A stretch of 64,000 nucleotides of DNA from Candidatus Eiseniibacteriota bacterium (GCA_043810925.1 JBDRNT010000104.1:14242-78241), one strand, 5' to 3'; positions 9,866-20,151 are shown, counted from the first letter of the stretch. A program made the numbers and translations. The notes: generated by a model from the letters alone, not told the origin.

Positions 9866-12224
9866 CTTATGTTCGGCCGGGCATGACTTCTTATCATTAA
9901 ACTCCCCTGTGGAGTCAGGCTTTGCAATCGCCGCCGTCTTTCTGGCGGTTGTCTTCGTCATATCCACTCCAGGATGGTCGGCACCCCAGGAAATTCTGGT
10001 TGAGTCGATCACCGTCACCGGTGCCGAGCGGACATCCGAGTCCGCGATCACGAATACCTTCGGCATAGTCGAGGGCCGGACCTACGCCTACGAAGACATC
10101 AGGAAAGGTCTCAGCCGTGTGTATGGAATGGGCTTCTTCAGTGACGTGAGGCTCCACACCGGGGATGTTGCGGGGGGGCAGAGGCTGAGCATCGAGGTGG
10201 TGGAGAGTCCTGTCATAGGTACGATAAGGATCAACGCCGGCAGGAAGATCGATAAGGGTGACATCAGAGAGAAACTCGAGCTCGGGGTCGGATCCTCACT
10301 GAATGAGCGGCTTCTCTTCCGCAGCCTGATGGCCGTGAGAGCTCTCTACCGGGAGAAGGGCTACTACATCGCCAAGGTCGACTACGAGATAGCGCCTATC
10401 GGTGAGGGGCTCGTCGACCTGATTTTCAACATCGATGAGGGTGTGAAGGTCAAGGTCGGGAAGATCAGTATCGACGGCAACAAGTCCCTGTCTGATAAGG
10501 CCATAAGGAAGAAGATGGAAACGAAGGAGAAGGGATGGCTGAAGCGCAAGGACTATAATCCCACCATCTTCGAAGAGGACATGGACAGGATCGTGGAGTT
10601 CTACAAGGATGAGGGTTTCATGCAGGCAGAGGTGATCTCTCATGAGGTCAAACTCACGGGGGATAATAAACTCGCTGACTTGAATGTAAATATCAAGGAG
10701 GGATCCCGTATTTACGTCAGGGCAATCGATATAGAATTGATGGGTGACGAGGAGTCCGAGAAGGTGCTGTCTAAGGAGGGCCTTGCCAGGCGAGTCAATC
10801 TCCGGAACGGCGATGCATACAGCCAGGCCGCCTACAGGAGAACACTCGAGAACCTCTACTCGGCTCTCGGCGATCAGGGCTATGTTTACGCCCGGATTGA
10901 TCCGGTTGAATCGATCGACGGCGACAGCGTCAGCCTGACCCTCAAGGTGGTGCCGGAGCGGGCCGTCCGTGTGAACAAAATAGTGATCGAGGGCAATGAG
11001 ACGACCCTGGAGAAGGTGATAAGACGGGAAATGGTCATAAGACCCGGAGACATTCTCAGGCGTTCAATGATCGAGAGGAGTCACAGGGAGATCTTCAATC
11101 TGGGGTATTTTGAGGACGTGCAGGTGGGATCCCAGGTGGCCAACGACATCGGTGACATCGACCTGGTGTTCAGGATCAAGGAACGCCAGACTGGTATCGG
11201 CAACGTGGGCGCCGGATACAGCGAAGAATTCGGCCTGACGGGATTCCTGGAGTTCTCCCACAACAACGTCGGATGGTATAATAAGTTCCCGTACCTGGGT
11301 CTGGGAAAGGGACAGAGTATCAATCTCCGGTGGGAATTCGGGAAGCTGACCCAGATAGACCTCAGTTTCAGAGACCCGTGGTTCAGGGACAGACCGATTC
11401 TGGTTGGATTCGACCTGTATGACACCAAGCGGGAATATGACTCCTACACCGACAAGCGGGACGGCTTCGGTCTTGTCGTAGGCAGGAGACTGCCGTACAT
11501 AGACTACTCGAAGGTGTACTGGAGGTACCGGCTCGAACGCAGGCAGATCGAGCCGGACGAGAACAGGGCCAGCGCTCTGGTGAAGAGCCAGGCCGGTACG
11601 AGAACCACATCGAGCACGGTGATTACCTTTCTGAGGAACAGCGTCGACAACCCGTTCTTTCCCAGGTCGGGGTCGAAGACGTCACTGACCTGTGAATGGG
11701 CCGGTGGCCTGCTGGGCGGAACCACGGCCTACCAGAGCTACATACTGGACAATTCAGGCTTTCTTGCGATGCCCTGGCTGGACGCCGCCGTGGTGTTCAA
11801 GGTGAGGACAGGTGTGGTTGACGGGCTCGGCAGCAAAGGTTACATTCCGGTCTATGAAAGGTTCCGGCTTGGCGGGACGACGACCGACGGGGTTAGAGGT
11901 TATTCCGAGCGGGAGATCGTACCCGACGGGAATGCAAGCGACGATGGCGGTAGATTCATGATGCTGGGTACTATCGAGTACAGGATTCCGGTCATCAAGA
12001 ACCGCGCCCACCTGCTGGCATTCCTGGATGCCGGCAACACCTGGAACAGCGTGAGGTCCTCCAGGCCCGGGTTCCTGAGACGGTCGGCGGGGGTCGGATT
12101 CCGGATCGAGATACCGATGATGGGACAGATGGGTCTTGATCTCGGCTATGGCTTCGACCGTGAGGACCGTTACGGTGGACCAAGCTGGGAGACGCATTTC
12201 CAGTTCGGGACGGCTGGATACTAG
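9828..12224 (+). CDS. bamA: outer membrane protein assembly factor BamA (Omp85 family)
   Basis: Signal-like segment AIAAVFLAVVFVISTPGWSA, POTRA-type repeats, then an Omp85 barrel ending HFQFGTAGY. Start is uncertain: TTG 9828 lies inside clpC, and in-frame GTG 9909 is the alternative. Confidence 0.9.
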   Translation: MKRRSLERRSSSSLCSAGHDFLSLNSPVESGFAIAAVFLAVVFVISTPGWSAPQEILVESITVTGAERTSESAITNTFGIVEGRTYAYEDIRKGLSRVYGMGFFSDVRLHTGDVAGGQRLSIEVVESPVIGTIRINAGRKIDKGDIREKLELGVGSSLNERLLFRSLMAVRALYREKGYYIAKVDYEIAPIGEGLVDLIFNIDEGVKVKVGKISIDGNKSLSDKAIRKKMETKEKGWLKRKDYNPTIFEEDMDRIVEFYKDEGFMQAEVISHEVKLTGDNKLADLNVNIKEGSRIYVRAIDIELMGDEESEKVLSKEGLARRVNLRNGDAYSQAAYRRTLENLYSALGDQGYVYARIDPVESIDGDSVSLTLKVVPERAVRVNKIVIEGNETTLEKVIRREMVIRPGDILRRSMIERSHREIFNLGYFEDVQVGSQVANDIGDIDLVFRIKERQTGIGNVGAGYSEEFGLTGFLEFSHNNVGWYNKFPYLGLGKGQSINLRWEFGKLTQIDLSFRDPWFRDRPILVGFDLYDTKREYDSYTDKRDGFGLVVGRRLPYIDYSKVYWRYRLERRQIEPDENRASALVKSQAGTRTTSSTVITFLRNSVDNPFFPRSGSKTSLTCEWAGGLLGGTTAYQSYILDNSGFLAMPWLDAAVVFKVRTGVVDGLGSKGYIPVYERFRLGGTTTDGVRGYSEREIVPDGNASDDGGRFMMLGTIEYRIPVIKNRAHLLAFLDAGNTWNSVRSSRPGFLRRSAGVGFRIEIPMMGQMGLDLGYGFDREDRYGGPSWETHFQFGTAGY

Positions 12225-12247
12225 ATTCCGAGGGAGGGTCAGGCCTG

Positions 12248-12772
12248 ATGAAGAACCTGAGTTTGGTAATGCTTGCAGTACTGATGCTGGTCCCGTTCTG
12301 TGCAAACGGGGAGGGACAGAAGATCGGTTTTGTGAACGCCAGCGTCCTGTTCCAGCAGTATTCGGTGGCTCGAGAGGCTGAGGAGGCCTACGGGAAGGAG
12401 CTCGAGGAGATCAACAAGCAGGTGGCCGAGATGGAAATTGTGCTGCGCTCTCTGGCCGATACACTTGAGGCGAGGAAGTACCTCTTCAGCGAAGAGCGTC
12501 TCAAGGAGAAGACCAAGGAACTGGAAAGGAAGCAGCAGGAGTACGTAAAATTCAGACAGGATGCCGAGATGACCGCGGCGAGGCGCAATGACGAGCTGTC
12601 GGGTCCCATAGTGGCGGCCATCGAAGAGGCGACCAAGCGGGTGGCGGAAAAGGAGGGTTTCGACTTAGTTCTGGACGCGGGGCCGGGAATTGTGGTTTAC
12701 TCGAAACCTGAACTGGACATTACCGATGAGGTGCTCGAGGATCTTGAGGTAAGCAGGGGATCGACCGAGTAG
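12248..12772 (+). CDS. skp: OmpH/Skp family periplasmic chaperone
   Basis: 174 aa. Signal peptide ([21 protein letters not shown]) and a K/E-rich coiled-coil body. Sits in the conserved position between bamA and lpxD. Confidence 0.78.
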   Translation: MKNLSLVMLAVLMLVPFCANGEGQKIGFVNASVLFQQYSVAREAEEAYGKELEEINKQVAEMEIVLRSLADTLEARKYLFSEERLKEKTKELERKQQEYVKFRQDAEMTAARRNDELSGPIVAAIEEATKRVAEKEGFDLVLDAGPGIVVYSKPELDITDEVLEDLEVSRGSTE

Positions 12773-12794
12773 GGGTCGCATAGGGTGGCCTGTC

Positions 12795-13829
12795 ATGCAA
12801 ATCACGCTCAGCGAGCTTGCCGATGTCGTCGGCGGCCGGATCTCCGGTGACGGCTCGGTGCTGATAAGTGGCGTAGCCGGTATAAAAGAGGCGAGGCAAG
12901 GTGATGTAACCTTCCTTGCGAACCCCCGTTATGGCAAGTTTCTCGAGACGACGGCTGCATCTGCGGTGATAGCCCCCACGGACACTGTGAGCCCGGACAG
13001 GGCCCTGATCCTTTGCGAAAACCCCTATCTCAGTTTTGTTAAGGCCGTTGAGTACTTCGTGCCCAACAAGAACATCTATCCCCGGACGATACACCCGTCA
13101 GCCGTGGTCGCGCCCGGTGTAAAGATGGGAAACGCCGTCGGGATAGGAGCTTGCGCGGTCATCGAGGACGGCGTCACGGTGGGGGACGACAGCTTGATCC
13201 TGGCTGGAGCCTTTGTGGGCCGTGGCAGCACAATAGGCAACCAGTGTCTTGTCTACCAGAATGTGACGATTCGCGAGGAAGTCACGTTAGGGGACAGGGT
13301 TATAGTCCACTGCGGGGCCGTCATTGGAAGCGATGGCTTCGGCTTTGCCCGGGATGGGGAGATCTACAGGAAGATCCCTCAGATCGGGAACGTGGTCATC
13401 GAGAGTGATGTCGAGATAGGTGCGAATGTGACCATTGACAGGGCTACAACCGGAACCACCCGCGTGGGAAAGGGGACCAAGATAGACAATCTGGTCCAGA
13501 TAGCCCACAATGTCGTGATAGGTGAAAACAGCGTACTGGTAGCCCAGGTCGGGATCGGCGGCAGTACAGAGATAGGCAAAGGCGTGAGTTTCGCAGGCCA
13601 GTCGGGCACCGTCGGCCACATCAAGATCGGTGATGGAGCCATGATTGGGGCGCAGACCGGTGTCACCCAATCGGTGCCGGCGAACACCATGGTTTCGGGT
13701 TATCCCGCAAGGGAGCACGGCCTTGCGAAACGGATCTATGCGAGTCTCAAGAAACTCCCCGATCTCTTGAAAAAAGTGTCGGATCTGGCTGAAAGGGTGG
13801 CCAGGCTGGAAGAAGGACGAAAGGAATGA
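12795..13829 (+). CDS. lpxD: UDP-3-O-acylglucosamine N-acyltransferase
   Basis: 344 aa. N-terminal LpxD-type domain ([18 protein letters not shown]), a long left-handed beta-helix of hexapeptide repeats, and a C-terminal helix. Confidence 0.9.
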   Translation: MQITLSELADVVGGRISGDGSVLISGVAGIKEARQGDVTFLANPRYGKFLETTAASAVIAPTDTVSPDRALILCENPYLSFVKAVEYFVPNKNIYPRTIHPSAVVAPGVKMGNAVGIGACAVIEDGVTVGDDSLILAGAFVGRGSTIGNQCLVYQNVTIREEVTLGDRVIVHCGAVIGSDGFGFARDGEIYRKIPQIGNVVIESDVEIGANVTIDRATTGTTRVGKGTKIDNLVQIAHNVVIGENSVLVAQVGIGGSTEIGKGVSFAGQSGTVGHIKIGDGAMIGAQTGVTQSVPANTMVSGYPAREHGLAKRIYASLKKLPDLLKKVSDLAERVARLEEGRKE

Positions 13830-15178
13830 CCGAGAACCAGAGAACCCTCGGCTCCGAAGTTACTTTCTCGGGTATCGGGTTGCACAGCGGCGCGAAGGTT
13901 ACGCTGGTATTTAAGCCTGCGCCTGCCGATTCAGGTATCAAGTTTGTGAGGACCGATCTCGAGGGCAGACCTGAGATCAAGGCGGATGTCAAGAACGCGG
14001 TGCCGACCGGGGACCATGTAAGAAGGACTGTCCTGGGCAGCGGTGACGTGACGATCAGCACGGTCGAACACGTGCTCGCCGCCATTCGCGGGCTGGGTAT
14101 AGACAACGTGGTCATCGAGCTGGATACGTCCGAGCCTGCCGAGCCGGATGGATCAAGCGCCCCGTTTGTGGAGATCCTCAAGCAAGGAGGCGTGCTGGAG
14201 CAGGACTCCCCCCGGCGTTACATGGAAGTCAAGTCTCCGGTGGCGCTGAGTGAGGACGGTGTGGAAATGGTGGCGCTGCCTCACCCGGGATTGAGAATCA
14301 GTTTCACCATCGACTACGACCATCCGTTGATAGGCACGCAGTACGCGTCGTTCGATATCTCCGAAGATGTGTTCATCAAAGAAGTTGCGCCGGCCAGGAC
14401 ATTCTCGCTTCTTAAGGACGTCGAGGATCTTCGCGGGAGAGGTCTGATAAAGGGCGGAAGCCTTGAGAATTCAATCGTGATCGGGGAAGAGCGGATCCTC
14501 AACGAACAGCCGCTGAGATTCCCTGATGAGTTTGTACGCCACAAGATCCTTGATCTATTCGGCGATCTGTGCCTGCTGGGTGCTCCTATCAGGACCCACA
14601 TAATATCGGTGAGAAGCGGGCATGCGACCAATCTGAAACTCGTGAGGCTTCTCCAGGAGCAATGCCGGCTGCCGAGCAGGAATTTCATAGGACGGCACGT
14701 GAGGGATGTTCCGGCGAGTCTGTCGATCGGCCAGATCCAGGAGATAATGCCTCACAGATATCCGTTTCTGCTCGTGGACAAGATCCTCTCGCTCGAAGAA
14801 GGTAAGCGGGTCGTCGGCATAAAGAATGTTACGATAAACGAGCCCTTCTTCCAGGGTCATTTCCCGGGACACCCGATCATGCCGGCGGTGCTGATAGTCG
14901 AGGCGATGGCCCAGGTCGGCGGGGTTCTCCTTCTAAGCATGGTTGAACGCCCCAGGACGAAGCTTGTCTATTTTATGGGTATCGATAAAGCCAGGTTCAG
15001 GAAACCTGTTCTTCCCGGGGACCAGGTCAGGTTTGAGCTTGAGTTGCTCAAAATGCGAATGAATGCCTGCAAGATGAAGGGAAACGCCTACGTGGGCAGT
15101 GACCTAGTGGCCGAAGCCGAGCTGTTGTCGGTCCTCAGGGATAGACAGGAAAGCGAGAACAGGAGCATAGATCAGTGA
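13826..15178 (+). CDS. lpxC/fabZ: bifunctional UDP-3-O-acyl-GlcNAc deacetylase / 3-hydroxyacyl-ACP dehydratase (LpxC-FabZ fusion)
   Basis: 450 aa. The N-terminal ~290 aa are LpxC-like ([19 protein letters not shown]...TVEHVLAA...[10 protein letters not shown]). The C-terminal ~150 aa are FabZ hot-dog ([11 protein letters not shown]...[25 protein letters not shown]). Confidence 0.9.
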   Translation: MTENQRTLGSEVTFSGIGLHSGAKVTLVFKPAPADSGIKFVRTDLEGRPEIKADVKNAVPTGDHVRRTVLGSGDVTISTVEHVLAAIRGLGIDNVVIELDTSEPAEPDGSSAPFVEILKQGGVLEQDSPRRYMEVKSPVALSEDGVEMVALPHPGLRISFTIDYDHPLIGTQYASFDISEDVFIKEVAPARTFSLLKDVEDLRGRGLIKGGSLENSIVIGEERILNEQPLRFPDEFVRHKILDLFGDLCLLGAPIRTHIISVRSGHATNLKLVRLLQEQCRLPSRNFIGRHVRDVPASLSIGQIQEIMPHRYPFLLVDKILSLEEGKRVVGIKNVTINEPFFQGHFPGHPIMPAVLIVEAMAQVGGVLLLSMVERPRTKLVYFMGIDKARFRKPVLPGDQVRFELELLKMRMNACKMKGNAYVGSDLVAEAELLSVLRDRQESENRSIDQ

Positions 15179-15981
15179 TTCGAAATACACCAGGATCTCC
15201 CGCTGACGCCACGGGTGTCCATGCGGCCGCATTCGTCGATCCGGGAGCCCGTTTAGGCTCAGGCGTGTCGGTAGGGCCAAATACCGTTATTGGTCCGGAC
15301 GTCGTGATAGGTGACGACACCTGGATCGGCGCGAACTGTCTGATTGAAGGCTGGACATCGGTAGGCTCCAGGTGCCGGATATGTCATTGTGCGGTCATTG
15401 GATCCGATCCTCAGGATTTCAAGTACCGGGGAGAGAAGGCCTACGTGAGGATCGGGGATGATAACACAATACGTGAATTTGCGACAGTACATCGGGCGAC
15501 CGGAGAGGGCGCCGAAACTGTGATCGGTGATCGCAACTTCATGATGGCATATGCCCACATCGCCCATAACTGCCGGGTCGGCAATGATACGGTGCTTGCC
15601 AACGGGGTCAACATGGGTGGACATGTGACTATCGAGGATCATGCCTCGGTCAGTGGGCTCACGGTGATACACCAGTTCGTGCGGATCGGCAAGTACTCCT
15701 ACACCGGAGGCGGGTCGAGGATTCCCATGGACATAGTGCCTTACGTCAAGGCCGCCGGGAATCCTCCGGTCATCAACGGGCTCAACACTGTAGGCCTTCA
15801 GCGGCAGGGTTTCACGGCGGAGACAATCCGTGTTCTCAAGAAGGCATACACACTCATATTCCGTTCGAACCTGAACGTTTCGCAGGCCCTCGAGCGGATC
15901 AAGTCGGATTTACCGGGTACACCCGAGATCCAGCATCTGGTCGAGTTTATCGAGACGTCGGAGAGGGGAATCAGACTCTAG
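15175..15981 (+). CDS. lpxA: acyl-ACP--UDP-N-acetylglucosamine O-acyltransferase
   Basis: 268 aa. Hexapeptide beta-helix plus the LpxA C-terminal helical domain ([10 protein letters not shown]...IRVLKKAY). Confidence 0.9.
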   Translation: MIRNTPGSPADATGVHAAAFVDPGARLGSGVSVGPNTVIGPDVVIGDDTWIGANCLIEGWTSVGSRCRICHCAVIGSDPQDFKYRGEKAYVRIGDDNTIREFATVHRATGEGAETVIGDRNFMMAYAHIAHNCRVGNDTVLANGVNMGGHVTIEDHASVSGLTVIHQFVRIGKYSYTGGGSRIPMDIVPYVKAAGNPPVINGLNTVGLQRQGFTAETIRVLKKAYTLIFRSNLNVSQALERIKSDLPGTPEIQHLVEFIETSERGIRL

Positions 15982-16007
15982 ATATCCCCGACCGCGTGAA
16001 CGCTAAA

Positions 16008-16034
16008 GCCGCCCGCCGTTGGGGCGGCGTTTTG
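16008..16034 (+). terminator. intrinsic terminator after lpxA
   Basis: GCCGCCC (16008-16014) pairs with GGGCGGC (16022-16028) around a 7-nt loop, followed by GTTTTG. Lies in the 71-nt gap between lpxA and the next gene. Confidence 0.6.
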
Positions 16035-16052
16035 CTGAAAAGGGGATAGGCA

Positions 16053-17033
16053 ATGGAACGGCTGCCATGTGGTGTCGTTGGTGTTGGACACCTGGGCCAA
16101 CACCATGTCCGGATTTACAGAGAGCTCCCGCAGGCGGAACTCGTCGGCATTTATGACGTGGATAGCGAGCGGATGAAGGAGATTGCCGGCGCCCACGGCA
16201 CCAGAGCATATCAGTCGCTCGAGAGTCTTCTTGACGATGTCCAGGCCGTGAGTCTCGTCGTACCGACAAGCCTCCACTACGAGATCGGTAAGATAGTCCT
16301 TGGCGCAGGCAGGCATGTTCTGATTGAGAAACCGATCACCGAGGAGGTCGAACACGGCTGGGAACTTGTCGAGATGGCGCGGGCCAAGGGCGTAACGCTT
16401 TACGCAGGGCACACGGAGAGGTTTTCTCCTCCCTTGCGGAGTGCGCTCAAGTGGATCCGCAAACCCAGATTCATAGAAGCCCTGAGACTGGCTGGATTCG
16501 GTGTTCGAGGGACGGATGTTTCGGTCGTCCATGACCTCATGATCCATGACATAGATCTTGTCCTCAGCACCACCGAGTCGGAGATCGAAAAAGTCGAAGC
16601 TATCGGCGTCCCTGTTTTGACACCGAATGTCGATATAGCGAACGCGAGGTTGTCCTTCAGCGATGGGACGATCGCCTCACTGACCGCGAGCAGGGTCTCC
16701 ATAGAGAGGTTGAGAAAGCTCAGACTCTTCCAGCAGGACACGTACATATCCATAGACTTCCTCAAACGGGATGCAAAGATATATCACAGGAAAATGGACG
16801 TCAAGGATCTGCCACCGGGCCCGACATCGAATCTGGACATGCAGGATCTGGTCGAAATGGTGATGCCGCCTGTTAAGGATGAAGAGCCTTTGATGCTTGA
16901 AATATCTGATTTCATTGCCAGTGCACGGGGGGAGAAACAACCCGAGGTCCCGGGTGAAACCGGTGTGAGGGCTCTGGAGATAGCGACACAGATCGTCCGG
17001 GACATAGAGAGGCGCCTGGCGATGTGGAGATAG
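16053..17033 (+). CDS. Gfo/Idh/MocA family NAD-dependent oxidoreductase (GnnA/WbpB-like candidate)
   Basis: 326 aa. N-terminal Rossmann motif CGVVGVGHLGQHH and the EKP motif (LIEKPIT). Located between lpxA and lpxB. Confidence 0.8.
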   Translation: MERLPCGVVGVGHLGQHHVRIYRELPQAELVGIYDVDSERMKEIAGAHGTRAYQSLESLLDDVQAVSLVVPTSLHYEIGKIVLGAGRHVLIEKPITEEVEHGWELVEMARAKGVTLYAGHTERFSPPLRSALKWIRKPRFIEALRLAGFGVRGTDVSVVHDLMIHDIDLVLSTTESEIEKVEAIGVPVLTPNVDIANARLSFSDGTIASLTASRVSIERLRKLRLFQQDTYISIDFLKRDAKIYHRKMDVKDLPPGPTSNLDMQDLVEMVMPPVKDEEPLMLEISDFIASARGEKQPEVPGETGVRALEIATQIVRDIERRLAMWR

Positions 17034-17036
17034 CAG

Positions 17037-18170
17037 ATGGCAAGAACCATGATGATGATAACCGGTGAGGTATCCGGTGACCTTTACGGCTCTCTGCTTG
17101 CCGCCGAGATAACCTCCGTCGATGCGGATGTCCGGATCAGCGGGATAGGCGGGGACAGGATGAGGGAAGCCGGGGTGGAGACCTTCCTGGACAGCAATGA
17201 CCTGTCGGTCGTCGGCTTCTGGGAGGCCATCGTGCGTCTCAGGAAACTTCGCAGCGCGCTCAGCCAGGCGAAAGAGACCATCAGGCAGCGAAAACCGGAC
17301 GTACTGATCCTGATAGACTACCCGGGTATGAACCTGCGTCTGGCGGGATTCGCGAAGGAGAGAGGCATCAAGGTGTTGTACTATGTTTCGCCTCAAGTCT
17401 GGGCCTGGGGTCGAAACCGGCTCAAAGCGATCAGGAAGAACGTTGACAAGATGGCCGTCATTCTTCCCTTTGAGGTCGATCTGTACGAGAAGGAGGGGAT
17501 CGATGTCACCTACGTCGGCCATCCCCTGATAGACATCGTCAAGACCGGTCTTGATCAGGAAGCGTTCTTGAGCAAAATGGGATTGGGCGGGAACGGTAAC
17601 CTGGTGGCTCTCATGCCGGGCAGCCGTACCCAGGAGATAAAACAACACATCCAGCCGTTGATAAGAACGGCGTCACTGCTCAGGGAGCAGTTGCCTTCCG
17701 TCAGATTCATCCTTGTGAGCCTGCCGACCTTCCGCGAGATGCTCGAAAAGGAGATTGAGAAGGCCGGCGTGCCGATCTCGGTCACGACCGACTACAGGTA
17801 CGAGGCATTGCGGTACAGCCGGCTTGCGATTGCCTGCTCGGGCACGGCGACGCTTGAGGCCGCGTTGCTTGGGACGCCGATGATAGTGATATACAGGCTT
17901 GCGCTGTTCTCATGGCTGCTTGGCAAGTTGATCGTCGATGTTCCCTTTATCTCGCTTGCGAATCTCGTTGCTGGTGAGGAGGTTGTGCCCGAGTTTGTCC
18001 AGAGTGCGGTCAACCCGAAGACGCTTGCGGACGAGGCGGTGAAGATGCTGACGGATGACGTGAGACGCCGGAAGATAATAAGACAGCTCGAAACTGTCAG
18101 ACAGAGTCTTGGGCCCGGCGGGGCAACGGCCAGGACCGCCCGGCTGGCCCTGTCGCTGATGTCACGGTAA
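17037..18170 (+). CDS. lpxB: lipid-A-disaccharide synthase
   Basis: 377 aa. N-terminus ITGEVSGDLYGSLLAAE and LIDYPGMNLRLA are typical of LpxB (GT19). Confidence 0.9.
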   Translation: MARTMMMITGEVSGDLYGSLLAAEITSVDADVRISGIGGDRMREAGVETFLDSNDLSVVGFWEAIVRLRKLRSALSQAKETIRQRKPDVLILIDYPGMNLRLAGFAKERGIKVLYYVSPQVWAWGRNRLKAIRKNVDKMAVILPFEVDLYEKEGIDVTYVGHPLIDIVKTGLDQEAFLSKMGLGGNGNLVALMPGSRTQEIKQHIQPLIRTASLLREQLPSVRFILVSLPTFREMLEKEIEKAGVPISVTTDYRYEALRYSRLAIACSGTATLEAALLGTPMIVIYRLALFSWLLGKLIVDVPFISLANLVAGEEVVPEFVQSAVNPKTLADEAVKMLTDDVRRRKIIRQLETVRQSLGPGGATARTARLALSLMSR

Positions 18171-18174
18171 GGCG

Positions 18175-18852
18175 ATGTCGCTGGGATCTCGATTTGGGAA
18201 ACGCATTCTCGAATTACTGGCCCGGTGGGTGGGACCCCTGCTTATGAGATTGTTGGGGCTCACGCTCAGGATAGAAAAGTCGGGTGTTGAGAACATCGCG
18301 AAAGCGAGGTTGCTTTCCGGCAACCTGATATATGCGGTCTGGCACGGAAGGCTGTTGCTTCTGACGTACGTACACCGAAACGAGGGAATTGATGTCCTCG
18401 TGAGCACTCATCAGGACGGGGAGTACATCGCAAGGGTGATTACCGGACTGGGGTTCGGAACGGTGCGGGGATCCTCAACAAGGGGAGGTACAGGGGCCGT
18501 GTTTAGACTGACCGGCGCAGGAGCGGGAAGGCATGACATCGGTATTACGCCGGATGGGCCCGGTGGACCGAGGGAGGTCTGCCAGCCGGGCGTGGTCTAT
18601 CTCGCCAAGCGAAACCGGATGCCGGTGGTCCCCATCGGGGCTTCGCACAGGCCGAGCGTGCTCTTGTCCAGCTGGGACCGGTTCATGGTGCCGCTGCCTT
18701 TTGCCAGGTGCGCAGTCGTTTATGGTGAGCCCGTCCTGTATGATTCTTCCATGTCCGAGGAATCCATCGAGGATGCCACGCGAGATCTTGAGAAACGGAT
18801 CAGGACGGTAACGCAAGAGGCAGACAATGGCTGTGGAAGAACCACAGAATAA
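18175..18852 (+). CDS. DUF374 family protein (LpxJ-like lipid A late acyltransferase candidate)
   Basis: 225 aa. By-eye DUF374 motifs AVWHGRLLLL, LVSTHQDGEYIA, RGSSTRGG, ITPDGPGGP. Sits between lpxB and waaA. Confidence 0.65.
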   Translation: MSLGSRFGKRILELLARWVGPLLMRLLGLTLRIEKSGVENIAKARLLSGNLIYAVWHGRLLLLTYVHRNEGIDVLVSTHQDGEYIARVITGLGFGTVRGSSTRGGTGAVFRLTGAGAGRHDIGITPDGPGGPREVCQPGVVYLAKRNRMPVVPIGASHRPSVLLSSWDRFMVPLPFARCAVVYGEPVLYDSSMSEESIEDATRDLEKRIRTVTQEADNGCGRTTE

Positions 18853-20143
18853 GCGGTCCTGGCTTTCCCGGCTTCTCTTCGGGATCTACAGGTACGTGCC
18901 GCTCGGTGTCTACTTCGTTATTCTTGCGATCTACCATGTGTTTCCGCCTGCAAGAGCAAGACTGGCCGAACGGCTCGCAATGCGCCGCCCCTCAGACAGG
19001 GGAAGGCCCGTGATATGGTTTCACGCCTCGTCGATGGGTGAAATCTCAACGATAGCCCCCGTGGTTGCCGAGATCAGGAGGAAGCGTGAGGACTGCGCGG
19101 TTGTGGTGAGCACAATGACTGTCAGCGGTGGACGGAGAGCACGCGAGATTCTCAATCTGCATGATGTCTTTCTGCTGCCGATCGATTTCTACCCGTGTAT
19201 GAAGAGACTGATTCGGGGTTTGAAGCCCGCGACACTGATCATCGGTGAAACCGAGATCTGGCCCAACATGATCTCTGAGGCCCGTAAACAGGGTGTCCGG
19301 ATCGTCCTGCTGAACGGAAGGATATCGAGGAAGTCGTTTCCACGGTACCGATTGATCCGGCCACTCATCAAAGACGTGCTCTCCGGTTTCGATCTTCTTC
19401 TGATGCGTACGCAGACCGACGCGATACGAATAACCCACCTCGGCGCCGACCCCGGCCGGGTCGAGGTCGCGGGGAATACGAAATACGACATACTGCCGGG
19501 CCCGTCAAGCCCGGCGCACCGGAAGGACACGCGGCGCGGCCTGAAGATCCCTGAGGGACAGAAGGTGATCACGCTTGGGTCGGCCAGAGAAGGCGAGTGT
19601 GAAATCGTGCTGGGTGCGCTGGCGGAGGCCGGAATCGAGCCTCCCCCGATGCTGGTGATCGCCCCCCGCCATCTGGTGATGGTCGACCAGATCGAGCAGA
19701 TCTGCCGGGACTTCGGCCGGCGTTACAGGACGCTGTCGGGTGGAGGAGTCCCGGAGCGTGATGACGCCGCCGGCGCGAATGTAATCATAATAGCTGAAAT
19801 GGGACGCCTCCTTGATATGTATGCGATATCGGACATCGCCATAGTGGGGGGGACGTACAGACCCTTTGGCGGCCATAACCCCCTTGAGTCCGCATCTCAG
19901 GGAGTTGTAACGATTGTCGGTCCGCACACACAGAACATAGAGGACGACATCGAGTACCTCCGGTCAAGAGAGTGTGCCTTTATAGCGGGTGAGCACGATC
20001 TCGGACCGTTACTCCTGAAGATACTGTCGGATGATGCCAGGCGTGATCGAATGGGTCGGGACGCCGCAGAAGCTGTTGAGGCCATGAAGGGCATCGCGAA
20101 GAAGTGTGTGGAGATCATGGCACGGAAGAAACTGCTCCCCTAG
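18827..20143 (+). CDS. waaA: 3-deoxy-D-manno-octulosonic acid (Kdo) transferase
   Basis: 438 aa. N-terminal TM, then VIWFHASSMGEISTIAP (the WaaA HxxSxGE motif) and a C-terminal GT-B domain. Confidence 0.9.
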   Translation: MAVEEPQNKRSWLSRLLFGIYRYVPLGVYFVILAIYHVFPPARARLAERLAMRRPSDRGRPVIWFHASSMGEISTIAPVVAEIRRKREDCAVVVSTMTVSGGRRAREILNLHDVFLLPIDFYPCMKRLIRGLKPATLIIGETEIWPNMISEARKQGVRIVLLNGRISRKSFPRYRLIRPLIKDVLSGFDLLLMRTQTDAIRITHLGADPGRVEVAGNTKYDILPGPSSPAHRKDTRRGLKIPEGQKVITLGSAREGECEIVLGALAEAGIEPPPMLVIAPRHLVMVDQIEQICRDFGRRYRTLSGGGVPERDDAAGANVIIIAEMGRLLDMYAISDIAIVGGTYRPFGGHNPLESASQGVVTIVGPHTQNIEDDIEYLRSRECAFIAGEHDLGPLLLKILSDDARRDRMGRDAAEAVEAMKGIAKKCVEIMARKKLLP

Positions 20144-20151
20144 GCGGCGAC

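Noticed and set aside
16677-17648. 323-aa ORF on the minus strand overlapping the oxidoreductase and lpxB genes
   Set aside because: It is an antisense shadow ORF typical of high-GC DNA. Its translation is Arg/Pro/His/Gly-rich with no family motifs, while both sense genes carry clear motifs. The same reasoning applies to 340-1146(-), 41175-42155(-), 55179-56162(-) and 62797-63852(-).
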